DNA of 32,000 nucleotides from Halogeometricum borinquense DSM 11551 (GTDB lineage Archaea; Halobacteriota; Halobacteria; Halobacteriales; Haloferacaceae): NCBI RefSeq assembly GCF_000172995.2, contig NC_014735.1, positions 300,001 to 332,000 of the forward strand, read 5' to 3'. Shown piece by piece: positions 25,999 to 32,000 of this stretch (position 1 is its first letter; each line of letters starts with the position of its first letter). The notes under the pieces were generated by a model. It saw only the letters and a program-made list of their open reading frames with translations, ran no database searches and was not told where the DNA came from. The position numbers and the translations under genes were made by a program.

Positions 25999-26338
25999 TG
26001 GATGCACTCCCAGCGTTGAATACCGGACTGCGGGACTGTGAGGCCTCGTGCCCGGATAGTTGCTCGATAGCGTCGCGCACGACGTGATCGAGGTCACTCT
26101 TGAACGCAGCGACCTCATCGCCGATGTCTTCCTGTTGTTTTAACCGCTCAACTTCTTCTTCTAAGGTCTGCAACTGCTGACCTAGTCGCTCGATTTCGGC
26201 CGCAGAGAGGTCACCGGCTTCCATCCGTCGCACAGCCTCTTGTTCGAGCGCCTCGACCAGCAGTTCGACGACAGTGACAACGAGTGCGGTGAGTCCGCCC
26301 TGTACATCGTCCGCCTCGCCATCGAGTGTAAGTTCCAC
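25991..26338 (-). CDS. gvpK: Gas vesicle protein GvpK
   Basis: 115-aa [46 protein letters not shown] is the GvpK signature. The start is a GTG at 26338, 6 nt after the gvpJ stop, with no in-frame upstream ATG. Confidence 0.85.
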
Positions 26339-26344
26339 GGCTAT

Positions 26345-26686
26345 TCATTCCTCCCTCGAAGACGGGGATGATACCGCCGAATGTTCGTCTGTTGTTTCTC
26401 TCGCTGGTTCAGTTTCCGGCTGTGTTTCCGAGTTTGCATCGGAGGCATCCGACGAGACGCCAGCCGCTGTCTCGACGCGTTTCATATCTGTTCCGGTCGG
26501 AAATTCGAGACCGTACTGAGCCGCGGTCTCGAACGAAGCGACGGCTGCTCGCAGTTGGATGCCCAGTAGTTCCGTGTCGCCGACGCTGACCGCAATATCG
26601 GCATTGATGACGACTCCTTTGTCTAGCAGCATCTCCAGCATTTCGGCGAGGTCGCCCTGCGAGCGGGTCGGCTTGGGATCACTCAT
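26345..26686 (-). CDS. gvpJ: Gas vesicle protein GvpJ
   Basis: ORF 26345..26932 with ATG at 26686 (MSDPKPTRSQGDLAEMLEMLLDKGVVINADIAVSVGDTELLGIQLRAAVASFETAAQYGL). It has the GvpA-like core and overlaps the end of gvpI by 8 nt. Confidence 0.92.
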   Translation of the reverse strand: MSDPKPTRSQGDLAEMLEMLLDKGVVINADIAVSVGDTELLGIQLRAAVASFETAAQYGLEFPTGTDMKRVETAAGVSSDASDANSETQPETEPARETTDEHSAVSSPSSREE

Positions 26687-27098
26687 CGCTGGATGTCTCC
26701 CTCCTGTCGCTGTCGGTTTCTGATGGGTGATCGGCGTCCACATTTCCACCCTTATGCGCGCTCGCTCTGCGGTGGAGTCGTTGGCCGTACAGCCGTTCGC
26801 GGGCAGCCACATTCGAGTGTTTCGGCACCGCCGGAACGGTCGAGTGGGAGTTCCGGGCTGCGTTCTCGGCATTCGATTTCTGGGGCGGAAGTGTCGAATG
26901 TGCCGTTGGGTTCCCTGTCCCATCGTTCTCATCCCGGTCGCGCTGTGACTCTGACTGGTGCCGGTTCCGTTTGCGGCGCTGTGCGATTTTCCTCCGCTGT
27001 TGGAGCAGTTTTTGTCGGGCCGTATCTCGGCTGAGCTGTGCCTTCGCCAGTATCTGTCTCGCTTTCTGTTTGCGTTTTTGTTGCTGTTTGTCAGTCAT
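26679..27098 (-). CDS. gvpI: Gas vesicle protein GvpI (basic)
   Basis: 139-aa ORF. The N-terminus is very Lys/Arg/Gln-rich (MTDKQQQKRKQKARQILAKAQLSRDTARQKLLQQRRKIAQRRKRNRH), and the gene sits between gvpH and gvpJ as in known haloarchaeal clusters. It has a 4-nt ATGA overlap with gvpH. Confidence 0.75.
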   Translation of the reverse strand: MTDKQQQKRKQKARQILAKAQLSRDTARQKLLQQRRKIAQRRKRNRHQSESQRDRDENDGTGNPTAHSTLPPQKSNAENAARNSHSTVPAVPKHSNVAARERLYGQRLHRRASAHKGGNVDADHPSETDSDRRETSSDE

Positions 27099-27673
27099 TC
27101 GGATGCTCCTTCGGTAGATTCGTTTCTTCGAACCAGTCGGATCTCGAGAATCTGGTTGTTGAGTTCTACATCGGTAATCGTCATGTCGGGGTGGTCGAGC
27201 GCAACACGACCGACAGTTTCCCCATCGGCGCTCAACACTAACGCGGGCGCATCGGTATCAAGCGTAACATCGAGGTCGTCGTCGGATTCGCTGTCAGTCA
27301 CGCCGAGGAGATCAGCGATGACGATCCGCTCGTTGTGGCTGCATTCCCGTGTCTCAACGTGAACCGATTCTGTGTCTCCCTGCTGGCTGTTCGACTCTCC
27401 GGTCCGGGAGTGATCTGATGCAGACCGATGGGGAGATTCAGCTGTTCGATCATCCGACCCGAGACCGATGGAAACCTCGTAGTCATAATCGATTTGGGAA
27501 CTCCCCTGATCGATCTGACCTGATCCCCGTCGATGACCGCCTTCTTCAGATTCGATTTCGGCGAGCGATGCCACGATGGCTCGGAGTTGTTCGAGGAGGC
27601 CACTGGGGGAGTCGGGGCGTTTGTCAGGGGACTTGTCGGATGGATCTCCGGCGTCGTTGGAGTTGGGAGACAT
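27095..27673 (-). CDS. gvpH: Gas vesicle protein GvpH
   Basis: 192-aa acidic ORF between gvpG and gvpI. The C-terminal ALVLSADGETVGRVALDHPDMTITDVELNNQILEIRLV is Hsp20-like, as in GvpH. It has a 1-nt stop/start overlap (TGATG) with gvpG. Confidence 0.8.
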   Translation of the reverse strand: MSPNSNDAGDPSDKSPDKRPDSPSGLLEQLRAIVASLAEIESEEGGHRRGSGQIDQGSSQIDYDYEVSIGLGSDDRTAESPHRSASDHSRTGESNSQQGDTESVHVETRECSHNERIVIADLLGVTDSESDDDLDVTLDTDAPALVLSADGETVGRVALDHPDMTITDVELNNQILEIRLVRRNESTEGASE

Positions 27674-27924
27674 CAGCCTTTGATCTCCACACGGCCCCGC
27701 ATCTGGGACTTGACCTGTTTGGCGGTGTCTAACTGTGCTTCGAGTTCCTGCTTGCGCTGCTGATACTCCTCTTTTGATCGCTCGCCGATCTCATACAGCA
27801 GTCGATTTTCCTTGATATCGTCCTGAATCGCTTCGGTGTCGTACATCTCGTCCAATGCCATCGTGTGCAAGATGTCCACCAGCGAGAGAAACGGGTTGAC
27901 CAGCAAATCGTCCAGCAGGAACAT
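27673..27924 (-). CDS. gvpG: Gas vesicle protein GvpG
   Basis: ORF 27673..28038 with ATG at 27924 (MFLLDDLLVNPFLSLVDILHTMALDEMYD...EEYQQRKQELEAQLDTAKQ), 83 aa. This is a typical GvpG sequence in the expected position. Confidence 0.85.
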   Translation of the reverse strand: MFLLDDLLVNPFLSLVDILHTMALDEMYDTEAIQDDIKENRLLYEIGERSKEEYQQRKQELEAQLDTAKQVKSQMRGRVEIKG

Positions 27925-27925
27925 G

Positions 27926-28567
27926 TTATCGGCCCCCCTGTTGCTCGGCCCCGATGTGAATATCGACGAAATTGTACGGAGCCCACGGTCCGGTGTACTG
28001 CACCCGTAATTCGTCGTCGTACGCCGCCTCGATAGCATCGATTGCGGCGTCGAAGTCGTCTCTGTGTTCGCGCTCGACCAGATACGATTTGTTCACGATC
28101 AGTCGGTCACTGAAGAGGTCGTTCTCAGTTTCGTTGAGACTCACCTCCGAGAGCCGGTCCGTCACATCGGCCTGGATTTCGTCTCGGGGAATGCCGTCTT
28201 CGGCAGGGGCAATTATTTTCACCCCCAATTCGACTGTGCCCTCGATATCGTTCAAAGCACTGCGTAGAGGCCGTCGCGCTCCACGAAGGACTCCTTTTAG
28301 GGTTCGAGCGCCCTTGAATGCCATCCCAAAGCTCATTGGGACGATTGTACGGCCACCGTCGTATTCGAGTACGGTCTGGAGAACGTTGTTGTGCGCCTCG
28401 ATATCTTCATCAGTGCGCTCTGGATCCGTCGTGTCGATGTCGGATACGACGGCCGACAATGTGCGGTAATCGACGGTGTAAACGCGTTCAGCTTCGCCAA
28501 CACCATCGACTTCCAGTTCGATATCTTCCTGTTCGATAACGCCGTATGTGTATAGGTTATCGCTCAT
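27926..28567 (-). CDS. gvpF: Gas vesicle protein GvpF
   Basis: ORF 27926..28576, which begins with a GTG; the ATG at 28567 gives MSDNLYTYGVIEQEDIELEVDGVG...YRTLSAVVSDID...HNNVLQTVL, the GvpF/L family pattern. It overlaps the 3' end of gvpE by 11 nt. Confidence 0.9.
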   Translation of the reverse strand: MSDNLYTYGVIEQEDIELEVDGVGEAERVYTVDYRTLSAVVSDIDTTDPERTDEDIEAHNNVLQTVLEYDGGRTIVPMSFGMAFKGARTLKGVLRGARRPLRSALNDIEGTVELGVKIIAPAEDGIPRDEIQADVTDRLSEVSLNETENDLFSDRLIVNKSYLVEREHRDDFDAAIDAIEAAYDDELRVQYTGPWAPYNFVDIHIGAEQQGGR

Positions 28568-29135
28568 CCGTCTCACTCCGTTGGGACTGCACGTGTCGGG
28601 TCTTACAATCGATTATCAGTGCCTTCAGCACGAGCGAAAACGTGATCAATCGATTCACTGCCGGTTCCACGCTGTTGAACGTCGCTTCCGCATCCGCAAT
28701 TCGGTAGATTTTCCGCTTCGTCAACTCAGTCATGTCGAGCATCCCCTCGTCTGCGAGGTCGTTTAAATGAGGATACACGGTTCCGGGGCTCAAATCCACG
28801 CCGAAGAGACGGCGTAGATCCTGAAGGAGTTCCTTTCCACAAGCCTCACCTCGCACAGCGATCAACAGCAGTAAAATCTCGTCTAATTGTGCAATGACAT
28901 CTTTATCACTGACCGTGTGGAGATACGCTTCATCGAGCCAGCCATCCATCGTAGCCACTGCGTCGTCAGTGAGTTGTGTTTCCATGTACTGCGGCGAAGA
29001 ACTACTCTCGCCGAACTGGGATCCGTGTTTTGGCTCGTATTCGGACGCAAGTAGCGACCTGACAGCCGAAACGGTAAACGATAGCTCCGTCTCCATTCTG
29101 ATCTCCTCGTGGAGTTCTTTGGCAAGCCGTTCCAT
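28557..29135 (-). CDS. gvpE: Gas vesicle transcriptional activator GvpE
   Basis: 192-aa ORF directly downstream of gvpD (4-nt gap). The C-terminal helical region is basic and leucine-rich, and size and position match GvpE. Confidence 0.85.
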   Translation of the reverse strand: MERLAKELHEEIRMETELSFTVSAVRSLLASEYEPKHGSQFGESSSSPQYMETQLTDDAVATMDGWLDEAYLHTVSDKDVIAQLDEILLLLIAVRGEACGKELLQDLRRLFGVDLSPGTVYPHLNDLADEGMLDMTELTKRKIYRIADAEATFNSVEPAVNRLITFSLVLKALIIDCKTRHVQSQRSETDER

Positions 29136-29139
29136 CTTT

Positions 29140-30753
29140 TTACACCATCTCTGTGAGTGTGATTCTGGGGATGCTCTGTGATTGATCGATACCGATACCG
29201 AGCATGGAAGTCAGCGGATTTTCGCCGTACAGCATGATGGCTTTGCCAGACCGCTCCAATCGGAGATGCATGTCTGCGACACGGTCCGCCCGCTTTCGGA
29301 GTTCGGTTCCCGGTTTAGTGATGAGAATCGCTAGGTCGTTATGGAGGGCGACATAGTTCGCAAAATCACCCAACCACGTTTCGAACGTCGATCGTGCCGT
29401 ATCCATGCTGATCACGTGCAACAACGGCCCATCGCTCTGCTTTCGCACCTGCTCGACGTACTCCATGTACGGCTCGTAATCGAGTTGACCTCCTTCCACG
29501 GGCGATTCGAGCCTCTCGTCGATTGTGGTGGACCGATTTCTCTCCACGACATCATCCGATGTGCGTGACTGCTCCTCCCGACGCGTGGCCCCGATTCCGA
29601 TGGAACTGTCCACATCTGATTTCGAAACCGCCCGTGATGTCCCGGAGGGGGCCTCCGATTGGTCGTCGTTCTCGTATGTGTCTTTACTTCGAGACGGACC
29701 CGCGTACGTCTCGAAGACGTGACAGTACGTATCGAACACGCGGGGCGTCAGCACCGAGTTCAAGTCGTTGTGAAGTAGCCCCGGGCTCCCTTCCCGCGGC
29801 GGAACAACAGCAACACCCATCTCATTGACGAGGAAGTTACGGATTGTCGGGAGCGTCAGGACACACCACGCATCGCGGGAGAGATCAGTACCCAGTTCGA
29901 GGTGTACGACGCTCCCACGGTTGTACCCGCCCGACAGAATGGGGTCGAGATCACTAATCCCCGTCGAGAACTTCGCCTTCGAGTTCGGGCGTGGCTTCCA
30001 TGTGCCACTCCCAGTTCCCGTGTGGACAGTCGGCAACTCGACAGGGGTAATCGCTTGAAACTGGCCGTTGGCAAGCGTGATCGGCTGTAACCGATTACCG
30101 ATACGGACACCGCGTAACTTCTCCAATCGGAGATGTCGCCGCGTGCGTCCGCGCTCGTCCTCCGCAACCTGTAGCGTAACAACACCGTCAACGATGTATT
30201 CGAGCGGCGACGAATCGGCGGTTTCGGAGACGAGCAGCAGTCGGATGTCCTCTTGACGGGCAAGAGCGACCAACTGGGTCGTCACAGTTTCGATATCCGG
30301 CGGTTCGTCGTGGCGAGTGGCCAAGTACTCGTAAATGAGCTCCCAACTGTCGAACGCAATCGTGAGCCGCTTGCTTGCGGCCTTGACCTGTTGGATCCAT
30401 TCGAGTAGAGCGTCTAAATCCAACCTCTCGAACGGGACATCCATGTCTAACGGAAGCTCGAACGGGTCTTGGGAGAGGTCGAGAATGGATGTCTTATCGA
30501 GGGAAAAATGCTCCTCGAAGTACATCTCGTGGACCGTATCTTGGTCAACGCGAGTCGACACATAGAGAACATCACCATCACGCTCCAGAACGTCAAGACC
30601 GCGAATCGTGAACAGCGTTTTCCCTGTCCCCGGCGCTCCCTTAACGAGCAGAGCGTGACCCGGGTCGCCAGTAAAAAAACGGCTGATTTCGCGGGGAAAG
30701 AGCGCACGGCCCTGTTGTTCCGTGAGCAAGGATGCAGGATCAGGTGAGGTCAT
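29140..30753 (-). CDS. gvpD: Gas vesicle regulatory protein GvpD (P-loop NTPase, repressing function)
   Basis: ORF 29140..30855 with start taken at the ATG at 30753 ([48 protein letters not shown]). It has the P-loop GAPGTGKT, is about 537 aa, and is divergent from gvpA. Confidence 0.9.
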   Translation of the reverse strand: MTSPDPASLLTEQQGRALFPREISRFFTGDPGHALLVKGAPGTGKTLFTIRGLDVLERDGDVLYVSTRVDQDTVHEMYFEEHFSLDKTSILDLSQDPFELPLDMDVPFERLDLDALLEWIQQVKAASKRLTIAFDSWELIYEYLATRHDEPPDIETVTTQLVALARQEDIRLLLVSETADSSPLEYIVDGVVTLQVAEDERGRTRRHLRLEKLRGVRIGNRLQPITLANGQFQAITPVELPTVHTGTGSGTWKPRPNSKAKFSTGISDLDPILSGGYNRGSVVHLELGTDLSRDAWCVLTLPTIRNFLVNEMGVAVVPPREGSPGLLHNDLNSVLTPRVFDTYCHVFETYAGPSRSKDTYENDDQSEAPSGTSRAVSKSDVDSSIGIGATRREEQSRTSDDVVERNRSTTIDERLESPVEGGQLDYEPYMEYVEQVRKQSDGPLLHVISMDTARSTFETWLGDFANYVALHNDLAILITKPGTELRKRADRVADMHLRLERSGKAIMLYGENPLTSMLGIGIDQSQSIPRITLTEMV

Positions 30754-30860
30754 AGGTTGCGTATGGTCGGTGGATGCCGGAGCGGTTTGCACTGGTTGAC
30801 AACAGTATGAAGCGCTCCTTAATCGAGCCGACCCTACGTGAGAACTCATTCTCATCGTAC

Positions 30861-30868
30861 TTATATGT
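30861..30868 (-). promoter_or_regulatory. Candidate TATA element of the gvpD promoter (PD)
   Basis: The plus strand reads TTATATGT, so the minus strand reads ACATATAA. It is the only strong AT box on the gvpD side of the spacer and lies about 47 nt from the PA TATA. Confidence 0.4.
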
Positions 30869-30886
30869 TTGACCTATTACAGGAAG

Positions 30887-30906
30887 TGAAACGGTTGGTG
30901 AAATCA
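30887..30906 (+). promoter_or_regulatory. GvpE-responsive upstream activator sequence (UAS) of PA
   Basis: The sequence TGAAACGG-TTGG-TGAAATCA matches the GvpE-UAS consensus as I recall it from Halobacterium/Haloferax work, TGAAACGG-N4-TGAACCAA, in 14 of 16 specified positions. It sits directly upstream of the BRE/TATA. Confidence 0.6.
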
Positions 30907-30915
30907 TACAAATCA

Positions 30916-30923
30916 ATTTACAA
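30916..30923 (+). promoter_or_regulatory. TATA box of the gvpA promoter (PA)
   Basis: ATTTACAA lies about 50 nt upstream of the gvpA ATG. This spacing fits a short 5' UTR of about 20 nt. Confidence 0.55.
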
Positions 30924-30971
30924 CTTCATTGGGTAGTGTCGTGTGGGTACAAAGTACAACCCAGACCAATC

Positions 30972-31208
30972 ATGGCTCAACCCGATTCATCGAGTTTGGC
31001 GGAAGTTCTGGACCGCGTATTGGACAAGGGTGTCGTCGTCGACGTGTGGGCGCGTGTCTCCCTCGTCGGTATCGAGATTCTGACCGTTGAGGCGCGAGTC
31101 GTCGCTGCGTCGGTCGATACCTTCCTCCATTACGCTGAAGAAATCGCAAAAATCGAACAAGCGGAACTCACTGCTACCGCCGAGGCAGCACCCACGCCTG
31201 AGGCCTGA
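30972..31208 (+). CDS. gvpA: Major gas vesicle structural protein GvpA
   Basis: ATG at 30972 within ORF 30936..31208. The translation [78 protein letters not shown] is near-identical to the haloarchaeal GvpA sequences I recall. Confidence 0.97.
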   Translation: MAQPDSSSLAEVLDRVLDKGVVVDVWARVSLVGIEILTVEARVVAASVDTFLHYAEEIAKIEQAELTATAEAAPTPEA

Positions 31209-31272
31209 ACCGCTGGCCTACTTTGGCGGAGTACGGAGGCGTATAGCTTGCAAGCAAACACTATCCAACCTA

Positions 31273-31277
31273 TTTTT
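31273..31277 (+). terminator. Oligo-T tract (TTTTT), candidate archaeal termination/attenuation signal between gvpA and gvpC
   Basis: A T5 run lies 65 nt after the gvpA stop, preceded by the 10-bp palindrome GCTTGCAAGC (31246-31255). Known gvp clusters produce an abundant short gvpA transcript plus read-through transcripts. Confidence 0.3.
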
Positions 31278-31291
31278 GCACACAACCACCC

Positions 31292-32000
31292 ATGACTGTC
31301 AGAGACAAACGCGAGAAAATGACCGCAACCCGCGAGGAGTTCGCGGACGCACAGCAAGAGTTCGCGGCGTACGCCGCAGACTTCGCCGCTGACATCGAAA
31401 CCAAACGAGATGTGAGTAGCCTGCTCGATGCAATCGATGCCCTCCGAGCGGAGATCGAGGAGACCGGCGACGCGTTCGACGCATATAACCAGGAGTTCGC
31501 TGCTGAAGTCAGCCATCTCCAGACCGAAATCGGTGAGCAGCGAGAAGCGCTGCGTGAGATGCGTGACATCTTCGACGCGTATGCTGAGACCTTCGAATCG
31601 GATGTCGAAGCAAAGCAAGACGTAAGCGATCTCCTCGCCGCAATCGAGGACCTGCGAGCGGAGATGGACACAACTCACGAGGCGTTCGACGCGTATACGA
31701 ACGAGTTCGTGACCGATGTGGCTGCCCTCCGCGATGTATCCGACCTGTTGGCGGCAATCGAGGAACTACAACTGGAATTCGGCGCAGTCCAAGCGGAGTT
31801 CGACGACTACACCGATGACTTCGATGCCGACATCGAGCGATTCCGGAATGCCGTCGCAGAACAGCGCGATGCCGTCGCAGAATACCGCGAGGAGTTTCAC
31901 GGCGTCGAAGTACAAGCTATGCTGAACGCGATTGCCGATTTCCAACAGGAAATCGACGACTTCAGAGCGGAGTTCGAAACGACTGAGGAGTCCTTCGACG
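31292..32000 (+). CDS. gvpC: Gas vesicle protein GvpC (5' part; continues beyond the window)
   Basis: The frame is open from the ATG at 31292 to the window end, so it is absent from the ORF track because no stop is reached. The translation begins MTVRDKREKMTATREEFADAQQEFAAYAADF... It is extremely acidic, has recurring DVS(S/D)LL(D/A)AI..L..E....F(D/A)AY..(E/D)F units, and lies directly after gvpA. Confidence 0.9.
   Translation, partial: MTVRDKREKMTATREEFADAQQEFAAYAADFAADIETKRDVSSLLDAIDALRAEIEETGDAFDAYNQEFAAEVSHLQTEIGEQREALREMRDIFDAYAETFESDVEAKQDVSDLLAAIEDLRAEMDTTHEAFDAYTNEFVTDVAALRDVSDLLAAIEELQLEFGAVQAEFDDYTDDFDADIERFRNAVAEQRDAVAEYREEFHGVEVQAMLNAIADFQQEIDDFRAEFETTEESFD

Noticed and set aside
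26687-26932. N-terminal extension of the gvpJ ORF (26345..26932) running through gvpI in another frame.
   Set aside because: The extension is basic and Arg-rich with no Gvp similarity. The GvpJ homology begins at the ATG at 26686, and the region is already accounted for by gvpI.
30754-30855. N-terminal extension of gvpD ([34 protein letters not shown]).
   Set aside because: The extension is non-acidic and Cys-rich, and it would consume much of the promoter spacer. The ATG at 30753 ([10 protein letters not shown]) gives a typical GvpD N-terminus.
1-32000. Search for tRNA/rRNA genes, CRISPR repeats, IS elements, integrases and long terminal or direct repeats bounding the AT-rich patches.
   Set aside because: I saw no T-loop-like GGTTCGAATCC contexts, no regularly spaced repeats of 25-40 nt, and no transposase or integrase-like ORFs. 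This was a by-eye scan only, so short or degenerate elements could have been missed.

Overview
The window reads as a haloarchaeal (class Halobacteria) replicon segment. It is GC-rich, its predicted proteins are very acidic, and it encodes a Tat-signal halolysin and a Bat-type HTH_10 regulator. The right part (24.8-32.0 kb) is a canonical gas-vesicle cluster. gvpMLKJIHGFED lie on the minus strand facing gvpA-gvpC; gvpC runs off the window and gvpN/O are not visible. A GvpE-UAS/TATA layout is recognisable in the 218-bp gvpD-gvpA spacer. The middle (14.3-20.7 kb) is a tightly coupled four-gene minus-strand operon: an Nramp-related permease lacking the canonical metal ligands, hydantoinase/oxoprolinase A and B, and a maleate-isomerase-like protein. 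Upstream of the operon lie five 10-bp-phased repeats and a CopG/RHH regulator gene. The left part holds ordinary-looking genes: NmrA-like, Usp, ASCH, halolysin, a 54-aa zinc-finger ORF missed by the ORF track, and a large receiver-GAF-Bat regulator with a degenerate receiver. The most unusual stretch is 7.5-11.7 kb. It starts with a nucleoside-2-deoxyribosyltransferase/TIR-like protein divergently paired with a wHTH regulator. Next comes a visibly AT-rich, gene-poor islet carrying one ORF that I read as an aerolysin/ETX-MTX2-like beta-pore-forming toxin fold. The islet abuts an aldo/keto reductase pseudogene with two frameshifts. I recognised no rRNA, tRNA, CRISPR array, transposase or integrase. 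All family assignments come from motif reading by eye, not from searches.
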